The translations under genes were made by a program, and so were the position numbers. A stretch of 64,000 nucleotides of DNA from a virus, in the IMG/VR virus record IMGVR_UViG_3300031963_009547; one strand, given 5' to 3'. Under the pieces are notes generated by a model. The model did no database searches. It was not told the DNA's origin and worked only from the letters and a program-made list of their open reading frames with translations. Below, in pieces: positions 39,032-49,700 of the stretch (within the stretch, counting starts at the first letter, position 1; each line of letters begins with the position of its first letter).

Positions 39032-42000
39032 ATGGCATCATCAAATAAGGTTTTTGTTTCTCCTGGTGTGTACACATCGGAAAGAGACTTAACGTTTGTG
39101 GCTCAAAGTGTGGGTGTAACCACTTTAGGTGTTGTAGGTGAAACACTACAAGGACCGGCTTTTGAACCAATCTTTATAACAAATTTTGACGAGTTCCAAA
39201 CTTATTTTGGAGGAACAAGTCCTGAAAAATTTGTTAATACACAAATACCAAAATACGAATTGGCTTATATCTCTAAATCTTACCTATCACAATCAAACCA
39301 ACTATTTGTAACGAGAGTTTTAGGTTTATCAGGATATGATGCAGGTCCGTCATGGTCTATCGTAACCATTGGTAATGTTGACCCATCCACAATACAAGTA
39401 ACAGGAACAACTGGTCCTGTTGCAGTAACATTCACAGGAACAACTGGTGGAACTGTAACATACACATCAGTCCCATCGTCAATTAACGTAAATGGAAATT
39501 TTTATAACTCTTACACTGAGTTTAATGGAGCTACTTCTTCAATTGCTGAAGATTTAACAACTTATTTAACAAATCAAATGTATTTGTTTGCTACAAGTTC
39601 CTCAACATCAGGTAGTACTGCAATTTTGTGGGGTTCATCAAGTGCATCGACTTTGACAAGTACTACAGGTGTTACTTCATTGAATACTATTACAGGTTCT
39701 ACCGAAATGTTCGGAGTTCCAAATGTAAACCAAGCTTCTAATAATTTTTCAGCATCAACTAATGACCCATGGTATTATGGATTATTTAATTACTACCAAG
39801 GCTCAAATGATGTAAATACATATTTCGGACAAAGTATGGGTGCTGCACTTTCAGGTATTTCTACAACACCAACAACGGGTGTATATTCAGGAACTGTTGC
39901 ATTCTTTACTACATCTTATTCAGGAGCACCATATACAACTTATGATGATTTGGTTGTTGCAACATTAAGGTCAAGAGGTATTTCAACATATACTTCAACT
40001 AATGCTGGACCATTCTATGAAGTTACGGGAACTACAGATGTTGCTATGATTTGTACAGGTGCATACTCGGCGGTAACTAAAAATCCATATTCAACATTCC
40101 AAATTTCGGGTGTTACTTATGATGGTGATAACTTTAGTTTTGAAACATCGATGTTAAGTACAAACAAAAACTATTTAAGAAATGTATTTGGAGCATCTAA
40201 CTTTGGTAAAGCAAGAAATGAAGTTCCTTTATTTGTTGAAGAGACTTATTCGGCATTATTACAAACAGGTTATAGAGCAGGTCAAATTAGAGGTTTATAT
40301 TGTGACTTAGTTGAATTGCCAGGTGCAAGGTCAGGTAATGCTGATAGTATCGGTTTCTACTTAGAACAATACCAAACACCTGAGACACCTTTCTTAGTTT
40401 CTGAACTTCGTGGTAGTAAAGTTTTCAAATTATTTAAATTTGTTCTAATCTCTGATGGTAACTCTGCTAATACATACGTAAAATTATCTATTGGTAATAT
40501 TTCATTTAATAATGGAACATTCGATGTATTTGTAAGAGATTATTTTGACAATGACCAAAATGTTAGAGTATTAGAAAGTTTTACGAACTGTTCATTAGAC
40601 CCAACTAATAATAACTACGTAGCAAATAAAATTGGTACGTCAAACGGTGAATACCAAGTAAAATCTAAATATGTAATGTTAGAGATGAGTGATGAAGCTC
40701 CGATTGATGCATTACCTTGTGGTTTTGAAGGATATGTAATGAGAGAATATGCAAACGCAACACCACCATTTGTTCCTTACAAAACTAAATACTATTCAGC
40801 GGGTGAAACAATTTACAACCCACCTTTTGGTTCGACAAGTGGTGGAGACAACCCTGTTATATCAAGTGGGGAAAATCCAAGAAGAGCTTACTTAGGTATT
40901 TCTAATATTAGTGGTTTTGATTACGACTTCTTCCAATATAAAGGAAAACAATTACCAAACAGTTTGGCTACAGACACTACGGGACCAGCTTGGGGTTACT
41001 TAACTAAAGGGTTCCACATGGATAGTGGTGCAACAGTTGTGACTATCGCTAACTCATATGCAACTTCAGGTCAATCGGCATTTGAAGTGGGTGTTGGGTC
41101 ATTTAATTCTGAACCAGTTGATACCGATAATCCTTATTACAGATTAAACACACGTAAGTATACAGTAATGGCTTACGGAGGTTTTGATGGTTGGGACATT
41201 TATAGAGAATCAAGAACTAACACTGATACATTCGCATTAGGTCAAACAGGATTTAAATACGGGGCAGCAAGTTCAGTAACTTACCCTACCGCATCAGGAT
41301 GGGGAGCATTCAAACAAATTTCAGGACCTAACCAAGAAACTTGGGCGAATACTGACTACTACGCTTACAAATGGGGACAATCAACATTTGCAAATCCTGA
41401 ATCTACAAACATCAACGTGTTTGCAACACCGGGTATTGATTATGTTAATAACTCAAACTTAGTGGAAGAATCAATTGATATGATTGAAACAGATAGAGCA
41501 GATTCAATCTACATTACTACAACCCCTGACTTCAATATGTTCTTACCATCTTATCAAGATGTAACGGAAGGTTTGATTTACCCTCAGGAGGCGGTAGATA
41601 ATTTAGAGAACACAGGTATCGACTCTAACTATACTGCAACATATTACCCTTGGATTTTGACAAGAGATACTGTTAATAACACTCAAATCTATATTCCTGC
41701 AACTTCTGAGGTTGTAAGAAACTTAGCATTGACTGATAACATCGCATTCCCTTGGTTCGCATCAGCGGGTTACACAAGAGGTTTAGTAAACGCAATTAGA
41801 GCAAGACGTAAGTTAACACAAGACGATAGAGATACTTTATATAAAGGTAGAATCAACCCAATCGCTACTTTCTCTGATGTGGGCACTGTAATTTGGGGTA
41901 ACAAAACTCTTCAAATCAGAGAATCTGCACTTGACAGAATCAACGTAAGAAGATTGTTACTACAAGCTCGTAAATTGATTTCAGCAGTAGCCGTAAGATT

Positions 42001-42244
42001 ATTGTTCGAACAAAACGATAATAAAGTAAGACAAGACTTCTTGGATTCAGTTAACCCAATCTTAGACCAAATTAGAAGAGATAGAGGTTTGATTGACTTT
42101 AGAGTTCAAGTATCTAACACACCTGAAGATTTAGATTCAAATACATTAACAGGTAAAATCTTCTTGAAACCAACAAGAGCGTTAGAATACATTGACATCG
42201 AGTTTGTCATCACACCAACAGGAGCGTCTTTCGACGATATCTAA
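39032..42244 (+). CDS. contractile tail sheath protein
   Basis: FVSPGVYTSERDL N-terminus; FPWFASAGYTRG, LYKGRINPI, WGNKTLQ, LDRINVRRLL, PTRALEYIDIEF C-terminus. Confidence 0.96.
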   Translation: MASSNKVFVSPGVYTSERDLTFVAQSVGVTTLGVVGETLQGPAFEPIFITNFDEFQTYFGGTSPEKFVNTQIPKYELAYISKSYLSQSNQLFVTRVLGLSGYDAGPSWSIVTIGNVDPSTIQVTGTTGPVAVTFTGTTGGTVTYTSVPSSINVNGNFYNSYTEFNGATSSIAEDLTTYLTNQMYLFATSSSTSGSTAILWGSSSASTLTSTTGVTSLNTITGSTEMFGVPNVNQASNNFSASTNDPWYYGLFNYYQGSNDVNTYFGQSMGAALSGISTTPTTGVYSGTVAFFTTSYSGAPYTTYDDLVVATLRSRGISTYTSTNAGPFYEVTGTTDVAMICTGAYSAVTKNPYSTFQISGVTYDGDNFSFETSMLSTNKNYLRNVFGASNFGKARNEVPLFVEETYSALLQTGYRAGQIRGLYCDLVELPGARSGNADSIGFYLEQYQTPETPFLVSELRGSKVFKLFKFVLISDGNSANTYVKLSIGNISFNNGTFDVFVRDYFDNDQNVRVLESFTNCSLDPTNNNYVANKIGTSNGEYQVKSKYVMLEMSDEAPIDALPCGFEGYVMREYANATPPFVPYKTKYYSAGETIYNPPFGSTSGGDNPVISSGENPRRAYLGISNISGFDYDFFQYKGKQLPNSLATDTTGPAWGYLTKGFHMDSGATVVTIANSYATSGQSAFEVGVGSFNSEPVDTDNPYYRLNTRKYTVMAYGGFDGWDIYRESRTNTDTFALGQTGFKYGAASSVTYPTASGWGAFKQISGPNQETWANTDYYAYKWGQSTFANPESTNINVFATPGIDYVNNSNLVEESIDMIETDRADSIYITTTPDFNMFLPSYQDVTEGLIYPQEAVDNLENTGIDSNYTATYYPWILTRDTVNNTQIYIPATSEVVRNLALTDNIAFPWFASAGYTRGLVNAIRARRKLTQDDRDTLYKGRINPIATFSDVGTVIWGNKTLQIRESALDRINVRRLLLQARKLISAVAVRLLFEQNDNKVRQDFLDSVNPILDQIRRDRGLIDFRVQVSNTPEDLDSNTLTGKIFLKPTRALEYIDIEFVITPTGASFDDI

Positions 42245-42258
42245 AAAAATAAAATGAG

Positions 42259-42280
42259 TGGGGGGTAGAAATATCCCCCA
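42259..42280 (+). terminator. GC-rich hairpin with GAAA tetraloop after the sheath gene (weak terminator or mRNA stabiliser)
   Basis: TGGGGGGTA-GAAA-TATCCCCCA; poor U-tract. Confidence 0.55.
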
Positions 42281-42303
42281 TAAATTATTTAATACATAAA
42301 ACT

Positions 42304-42441
42304 ATGAAAATAGAAAAAAAATTAATCAAAGAATCTTTAGGTTATAAAACTGAAGGTAAAAAAACGTTTTCAGAAAAAAAACAAAATATTGTAATTACTG
42401 AAGCACAATTAGAAAGACTTTTAGAAAAACTTAAAAAATAA
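42304..42441 (+). CDS. 45-aa hypothetical protein
   Basis: Not in ORF track: MKIEKKLIKESLGYKTEGKKTFSEKKQNIVITEAQLERLLEKLKK; TAATG overlap with the next gene. Confidence 0.7.
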   Translation: MKIEKKLIKESLGYKTEGKKTFSEKKQNIVITEAQLERLLEKLKK

Positions 42442-43310
42442 TGAATATCAATAAGTACGTAAGAGAATTTGTAAAAAACAAACTTAACGAAGGTTTTACG
42501 GAAGAAGGTAATCCTGATACAAAGTATTATGCTTTTGATTGGGATGATAATATAATGTTTATGCCTACGTCAATCATTGTTTTAAGTGAAAACGACGATG
42601 AGGTTCCGATGTCTACAGAGGACTTTGCAGAACACAGACACCAAATTGGTAAAGAACCATTTAGTTATAAAGGTACTACTGTTGTTGATTTTGCACCAGA
42701 CCCATTTAGAAATTTTGGAGTTAAAGGCGATAAGAGATTCGTATTAGATGCAATGGTGGCATCTGTTGGTCCATCTTGGAATGATTTTGTTGAGTGTATC
42801 AATGGTGGGTCTATATTTGCAATCATCACAGCAAGAGGTCACAACCCGAATACTTTAAAAGAAGGTGTTTATAATCTTATAATGGCTAACAAGAATGGTC
42901 TAAATAGTAGAACACTAGCAGAAAACCTTTATAGATATAGAAATATCGGTAATGAAGTCACCGGTGAAAAAAAGGCAAAAGCTTTGACACCAAAAGAATT
43001 ACGTGAGTATTTGGACCTTTGTAGATTTTATCCCGTGTCTTTCGGTGAGGGGTCTGCGACTAACCCTGAAGAAGGGAAAATAAAAGCAATGAGGGAGTTT
43101 ATTTCTTATTGTAAAGATATGGCTCAAGAAATAGGTGAAAAAGCATTCTTCAAAAATGATGTAGAAAACAATGAAATACTTCCTATTATTGGTTTTTCTG
43201 ACGATGACCCTAGAAATATAGATAAGATGAAAGAATTTTTAGATGATGAAGATACTGAAAAACTAGTAAAAACTTATTTAACTAAAGGAGGAGAAAAAAA
43301 GGAAATCTAG
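42441..43310 (+). CDS. HAD-superfamily phosphatase
   Basis: AFDWDDNI motif I, IITARGH motif II, K (GKIK), GFSDDD motif IV. Confidence 0.8.
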   Translation: MNINKYVREFVKNKLNEGFTEEGNPDTKYYAFDWDDNIMFMPTSIIVLSENDDEVPMSTEDFAEHRHQIGKEPFSYKGTTVVDFAPDPFRNFGVKGDKRFVLDAMVASVGPSWNDFVECINGGSIFAIITARGHNPNTLKEGVYNLIMANKNGLNSRTLAENLYRYRNIGNEVTGEKKAKALTPKELREYLDLCRFYPVSFGEGSATNPEEGKIKAMREFISYCKDMAQEIGEKAFFKNDVENNEILPIIGFSDDDPRNIDKMKEFLDDEDTEKLVKTYLTKGGEKKEI

Positions 43311-43418
43311 AAATACTTATAATGCAACGATAATTTTTAAAAATAACAAAGTAAATAGAAAAAAATTTAGTTGGATATATTTATAATAAAAATAAAAGAA
43401 ACAAAAAAATAGATAGAC

Positions 43419-43907
43419 ATGGCTGATTTGTTAATGAAAATGCCCTTTCAATATGAACCTAAAAGAAAAAATAGGTTTATTATAACGTTCCCCTCTTCTT
43501 TGGGGATTAACTCTTGGTATGTTGAAAGTTCTTCAAGACCAAAGGTGGAGATTAATCCAGTAGCTATCCCGTTTTTGAACACTGAAACTTATGTTGCAGG
43601 TAATTTTAAATGGGGAACAATAGACGTTACATTCCGTGACCCAATTGGTCCTTCAGCATCACAAGCTCTTATGGAGTGGGTTCGTTTACACGCTGAATCA
43701 GTAACAGGTCGTATGGGTTATGCTGCAGGTTACAAAAAAGACGTTGACCTTGAAATGTTAGACCCAACAGGTGTGGCAGTTGAAAAATGGATTTTACAAG
43801 GATGTTTTTTAACAAATGTTGACTTCGACACATTAGGATATAGTGAAGATGGTTTGATTACTGTAAAAGCAACATTAAGACCTGATAGATGTATCTTGGT
43901 ATACTAA
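43419..43907 (+). CDS. tail tube protein (T4 gp19-like)
   Basis: EPKRKNRF, YVAGNFKWGTIDVTFRDPI, LMEWV, LDPTG..EKWILQGCF. Confidence 0.9.
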   Translation: MADLLMKMPFQYEPKRKNRFIITFPSSLGINSWYVESSSRPKVEINPVAIPFLNTETYVAGNFKWGTIDVTFRDPIGPSASQALMEWVRLHAESVTGRMGYAAGYKKDVDLEMLDPTGVAVEKWILQGCFLTNVDFDTLGYSEDGLITVKATLRPDRCILVY

Positions 43908-43928
43908 AAACAAAATAAAATATTATTC

Positions 43929-43957
43929 AATCCCATCTATTTTAGGTGGGATTTTTT
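43929..43957 (+). terminator. intrinsic terminator after the tail tube gene
   Basis: AATCCCATCTA-TTT-TAGGTGGGATT-TTTT. Confidence 0.85.
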
Positions 43958-44000
43958 ATTTACATAAACTAAAGTCAAGTTATTTTTAAAGAAAAAAATT

Positions 44001-44759
44001 ATGGACCAAAGCACACAATACGGACAAATGGATTTCAACCTTCCACATGATATGGTAAAATTACCAAGTGGTGGACATACTTATAGACCAAAAAAAGAAT
44101 CTTTAAAAGTGGGGTATCTTACTGCTACGGATGAAAATATTTTAATGTCTCAAAATACACCAAAAGACGGGTTGATTATGACTCTACTTAAAAATAAAAT
44201 TTATGAGCCAGGTTTTGATGTGGGTCAATTATTAGAAGTTGATGTCCAAGCTATATTAATATTTTTAAGAAATACTGCCTTCGGACCTGAATATGATTAT
44301 CTTATAACTGACCCAAAAACGGACAATAAATTTGAAGTCAAACTTATTGTGGATGAGGTAAATTACATAAAACCTAAACATGAAATGGGTACAGATGGTT
44401 TGTTTAGCGTTGAGTTACCAAAATCAAAAAATAAAGTTAAATGTAAATTACTAAGTATAAAAGAAAGTAATGAAATTGAATCGATTAGTAATAATTACCC
44501 TTCAGGAATGATTGCACCAATAGTTACAAAAAAATTAGAGAGTCAGATAGTAGAACTAAACGGGTCAACGGATAAGGGTGAGATTGCAAAAATGATTTCA
44601 AACATGCCAATTGCCGACTCCAAATTTTTAAGAAGATTTTTATCTGAGTGTGAACCACAACTTGATTTAATAAAAACAGTTACAGCCCCGTCAGGAGAAA
44701 AAGTCAACGTAATGGTTGGTTTTGGGGTTGAATTTTTTCGCCCTTTCTTCACAATATAA
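44001..44759 (+). CDS. tail assembly chaperone/baseplate hub assembly protein (T4 gp26-like)
   Basis: VKLPSGG..Y, YLTATDENILMS, AILIFLRNTAFGPEY, MPIADSKFLR, ends FFRP; lies between tube and tape measure genes. Confidence 0.75.
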   Translation: MDQSTQYGQMDFNLPHDMVKLPSGGHTYRPKKESLKVGYLTATDENILMSQNTPKDGLIMTLLKNKIYEPGFDVGQLLEVDVQAILIFLRNTAFGPEYDYLITDPKTDNKFEVKLIVDEVNYIKPKHEMGTDGLFSVELPKSKNKVKCKLLSIKESNEIESISNNYPSGMIAPIVTKKLESQIVELNGSTDKGEIAKMISNMPIADSKFLRRFLSECEPQLDLIKTVTAPSGEKVNVMVGFGVEFFRPFFTI

Positions 44760-44892
44760 AAAAATTTTAATGGATGAATTTTATTATTTAATAAAATTTG
44801 CAAACTTTTCATACTTGGATTTACTTAAAATGCCAACATTCGAAAGAAAGTACTTTTTGGATAAGCTAATATCTGAATCAAATAAAACATAA
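44713..44892 (+). CDS. overlapping +1-frame ORF (gp51/GT-like chaperone extension); internal ATG at 44770
   Basis: +1 frame open 44713-44892: ..FFALSSQYKKILMDEFYYLIKFANFSYLDLLKMPTFERKYFLDKLISESNKT. Confidence 0.7.
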   Translation, partial: WLVLGLNFFALSSQYKKILMDEFYYLIKFANFSYLDLLKMPTFERKYFLDKLISESNKT

Positions 44893-44921
44893 TCCTAAAA
44901 TATTTATTTAAAAAAATTATT

Positions 44922-46718
44922 ATGTTTTTTAATGACCCACAACTAGAAGGAGGTGCTGCCAAATCAATAGCCGAGCAAATTGAGGCCTTAAAGGGTGCTA
45001 TTAAAGCAAATATAGCAGCACTCAGTGCATCGGATGCATTTACAGCTTACAAAAATATAGAAAAAACCGCAATAAGTATTGCTGATAGTTCTAAGACCTT
45101 ACAAAGGTCTATGGGTGGTGTTGTTATGGACAGCTCTAAATTTGCGAGTAAATTAATTGAGTCATACAAAAACACCGTCAAAATAGGTGCCGAGTTTAAA
45201 GATATCACTGGAACAGTCCAAGGACTTGCTGAAAGTATGCAAAGAATGGTAGACCCTTCTTTGCAAACTATTGAAAATATGGTTGCTCTTTCACAGGCAA
45301 CAGGTATGGGTGCTGGTGAAGTTGGTAAAATGGTTGGTGAACTTACTAGATTTGGTGGAACACAGTTGCAAGCAACAGAAAAAATGCATGATTTAGCCGT
45401 TGAAGCTAGAAAAGTGGGGATTGATTCAAAAAAGTTTTTAACTGATGTCAACGCCAATATGAAATCATTAAATGGTTTTGGTTTCGGTAATAGTGTAAAA
45501 GGTTTAACTGACATGGTAAAACAAGCTACACTTTTAAGAACATCTATTGAAAAAATTGGTGCAAGTGCATTACAATCAAAAATATTAGACCCTGAAGGTG
45601 CTATGGAAACTGCAGCATCATTTCAAATGTTAGGTGGTGCTGTAGGTAAATTAGCGGACCCTTTTCAATTAATGAGAATGGCACAATCAGACATGAAAGG
45701 GTTGCAAGATGAAATTATAAAATCAAGTGCATCTGCCTTTAAATTTAATAGTGAAACAGGAAAATTTGATACTTCAGTTGCTGACATGTATAGATTAAGA
45801 GAACAAGCAGCGTTAATGGGTAAATCTTTGGATGAGGTAATGGAAGTTGGAAGAGAGGCTGCAAAGGCAAACTTTTTGAAAGATAGATTTGGTTTTGCGG
45901 ATTTGGATGAGGATGAATTGAATTTAGTAACGGGACTTACTGAAATTGGGCCTGACGGTAAAGTAACGATTGATATACCTGGTTATGGTGAAATTGAAGA
46001 AGCTAATTTAGGTAGTGCTGAAGCCCAACAAGCATTAAATGATTATATGCAGAAGGCTGGTAAAGACGAAAAAGATATTGCGATAAATAACTTAACTATT
46101 ACTGAAAATCAGGCAAAAGATGTAAACATTATTAAAAGTGCTATATTAACACAAATGGGTGTTCAAGATAGGGCTACTTTTTTGAAAAATATTGAAACCG
46201 CAAACGAAAAACTTGGTAAAGCCATAACAAACGGAGCTGAAACAACAGCAAATACTCTTGAAAAAACCGCTAGAGATACTGCGAAATTTGAAACAACCGC
46301 AGCAGGTGAATTACCAGACCCATTAATTTCTGAAAATGCAGTGAATAGAATGATGGATGTACAAGAGGAAGTAAAAAAAACTATCAAAAAACCAATTGAA
46401 CCGGTACCTACCGTTACCGGTAATGATATGTTATTTAAACCTGGAGGTGCCCCACAAATAATGGCTAAAGACACGATATATAAAGGAATAGTTGGTGATG
46501 AGGTTGCTTTCGGAACTAACTTAACAGACGCACTTAATAAAGGTGGTGGGAGTATTGGAGGTAATATAGATATTAACATTAATTTAAATGGGTCTATTGC
46601 TGGTGACCCAGGACAATTGAACAAAATGTTTAATTCTCCTGAAGTTCAAAAACAAATTATGGATACCGTACTTTATAAAATGAACGAATATAAAAGACAA
46701 CAAGGCGTATTATCCTAA
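44922..46718 (+). CDS. tape measure protein
   Basis: Ala/Gly/Met-rich, helical 598-aa protein directly after the chaperone genes. Confidence 0.75.
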   Translation: MFFNDPQLEGGAAKSIAEQIEALKGAIKANIAALSASDAFTAYKNIEKTAISIADSSKTLQRSMGGVVMDSSKFASKLIESYKNTVKIGAEFKDITGTVQGLAESMQRMVDPSLQTIENMVALSQATGMGAGEVGKMVGELTRFGGTQLQATEKMHDLAVEARKVGIDSKKFLTDVNANMKSLNGFGFGNSVKGLTDMVKQATLLRTSIEKIGASALQSKILDPEGAMETAASFQMLGGAVGKLADPFQLMRMAQSDMKGLQDEIIKSSASAFKFNSETGKFDTSVADMYRLREQAALMGKSLDEVMEVGREAAKANFLKDRFGFADLDEDELNLVTGLTEIGPDGKVTIDIPGYGEIEEANLGSAEAQQALNDYMQKAGKDEKDIAINNLTITENQAKDVNIIKSAILTQMGVQDRATFLKNIETANEKLGKAITNGAETTANTLEKTARDTAKFETTAAGELPDPLISENAVNRMMDVQEEVKKTIKKPIEPVPTVTGNDMLFKPGGAPQIMAKDTIYKGIVGDEVAFGTNLTDALNKGGGSIGGNIDININLNGSIAGDPGQLNKMFNSPEVQKQIMDTVLYKMNEYKRQQGVLS

Positions 46719-46756
46719 AAAAATCTAAAACAATCTATTTATCATAAAAAGACTGA

Positions 46757-49700
46757 ATGGAGAGTCCACTATCATTTAATTCGAGCGAAAATTTTAGAAA
46801 AAAACTATTGGTGAGAAACCTTCCACCATACAAAGTAGATAGTGCTTTTTCAAATGACGGTAAACCAGGTTCTTCTGAATTTAATATTAATGACCTAACA
46901 CCCATTGACTCCCCAAGTGTTGAACAAATAGGTAACCAACAAGAACAAATTCTTTTACCTATAAATCAGTATGGTCCACAAACAAGTACTGGAGAATATG
47001 GAGACATCGTACCAATCAATATTAATTTAAATTATAAATCAAATGAAGGTGAATATGGATATCCTGACACTATAGAAAGTGATTTAGAGATTATTGGTAA
47101 CAATACTGAAAAACAAATTATAATAAAAAATGTTTATAGACCTGAAAATGGTTTATCAGACTTCGGCTCAACTGCTTGGTACATTAATAATGATAAAGTT
47201 ATTAATACTGTTGGTGAAGGTGAATATACGGTACAAGATACGATTGGTAGTAATTTAGAAACTACCGCAAATGCCGACCGACCTATTCTTATTACAAATA
47301 ATCAATACGGACCTGAAAACCCTTCTAATGTCGAAGTTTCGATTAATAATAATTTACAAACTAATGCTAACGAAGGTGAGTATGGTTTTCCTGATACTGT
47401 AGATAGTCCATTAGAAATAAAAGGAGAAACGGATAGACCTGCATTAATTGCTATAAATCAATATGGTCCTGAAAATTTACCAACAACCGAAGTATCAATA
47501 AATAATAACCTACAAACCAACTCAAATGAAGGTGAATATGGGTTTCCTGATACTGTAGATAGTGAATTACAAATTGTAGGTGAAGACGTTAGAAAACCTA
47601 ATTTCTTACAAAATCAATGGGGCCCTGAACAGGGACAAAGTGAAACTGAAGTTGAACCGTACAGAAAACAAAAAAATTTAGTAATACCACAAGGTAATTA
47701 CGACGTTACTGATTCGGATGGCTCTCTTTTAGAACTTGTTGGAGGAATTAAAGAAACTGAAGCATACCTATCAAACAGATATGCTACGGGTGATGGTGAA
47801 TATGACCCGACAGATTTCAAAACCCTTCAACAAGAGGCGTTACAGTTACCATATGCTAATTCAGATAATACGTTTATATTTTTACCATCTACCTACACAC
47901 CATATAGTATATTATTAAATGATGACCCATCGGGTTCTGATGGTAGTTTATCACAAGACTCTGACTTAGCAAATATTGGCGCAAAACAATTAAATAAAGA
48001 ATTTAAACATAGAGTTGCGCTTGAGTTATTTCAACAAACATTAGGACAAGTAAATATATTCAATTCTAATGTTAATCCCGATACTGGAGAAATATCTGCT
48101 CAACCAAATACCGACCCTTTCGATGCTATTGGTTTATTAACAGGTAATATTCCTATTGTATCGAGAGTTTATAATATTACAACTCCTGATTTTCTATTTG
48201 GTCAAGGTATTAACTTTGCCGCTAAATTAGGTGGTCTTTATTCACCCTATTCTTATATTCCTGGTGAGTATTTTGATTATCCTGAACGAATAGGTAATGG
48301 ACCTTTTGAAAACCCATTATCATTAATAGGTGGGGCTTTAGGTTCTTTATTTAGTGCTCTACAACCCGCAAATCAATCTTCATCTGAATTATTTGTTGAA
48401 TTTACATCAGTACCAACACGTAAATTACTTTATGACCAATTAAAATATAATCAGTACAGACCCGATTATAAAATAGGTAATAATTTACTCGCACCTAAAG
48501 GTGTGTTCTACCTTGGTGATAGAAAAAATCATTTGACAGAATTAATGTCCCCCGCACCCGAACTACCATATGCAAAAGATGGTAAAACCTCATCAATGGG
48601 ACCTGTGCTTTCTTACTCTAATATGGGTAAGTTATATGAAGGAGAACAATTAAATGAAACACAATTTGGTTTAAATAGTAGAAACTTATATAGTGCGGGA
48701 GCTAATAAAGATGGTGTTAAATGGATTGGTGCTGGTATCTTCGGTGGCGTAACTTGGATTGGTAGTAAGAGTCCGAAAGAGGATAACAAACCACTACAAG
48801 GTAAATTACAAGGTAGAGGTGGAGAGCAATTCGAAGACAATAGTGAATTTACTTTTGGTAATTTAGTAGGTTTTGATTCAACTAAGTCTACTAATTTAGA
48901 TTTCACACCAGGTTCTTTATTAGATGTAACACAAAAACTTGTAGATGCAGGGCAACGAAGTTCACAACCTTTAGAACATGTTGGAACCGCAATTAACCAA
49001 GTATCAAAAGTATTTAACGACGGATATCAAGAATTAACAAAAGGTTCAAGAGTTGTAAGATATACAACCCAAAACTCTAAACCTGATAGTAGCGCAACAC
49101 CAACAGGTCTTGAGTATTGTAGAGTATTCACAAAAGACAGACCATACTACACTTATGACGAGTTACAAAAAACAGATGGTAATATAAGAGGTTATACTAA
49201 TTCAGTATTAGACAACACTTACAATTTAAATATTGCACCAACTGACGGATATAGTATAAAAGATGGTAAAGTAAAAAAATACATGCTATCTTTAGAAAAC
49301 TTGGCATGGAGAACATCAAATAAAAAGGGTTTTACTTATGATGATTTACCGGCTTGTGAAAAGGGACCAAATGGAGGTAGAATTATGTGGTTCCCACCAT
49401 ATGATTTAAGTTTTGATGAAAGTGTTAGTACACAATGGACTGACAACAATTTTTTAGGTAGAACTGAACCGATTTATACTTACACTAACACATCAAGAAA
49501 GGGTAACGTTTCTTTTAAAATTATTGTTGACCATCCATCAATCCTTAATGTATTAGTTGATAAAGAATTAGAAAATGTTGGAAACAATGGAGAAATAACA
49601 CAAATTATTGATTCATTCTTTGCGGGATGTACTAAGTACGATTTATGGGACTTAGTTAGTAAATTCCCAATGTTTACTCCTAATGATATTTTTGAAACTC

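Noticed and set aside
47300-47770. Diversity-generating retroelement TR/VR pair
   Set aside because: The repeats are tandem, in frame and differ at synonymous and non-adenine positions; no reverse transcriptase is present
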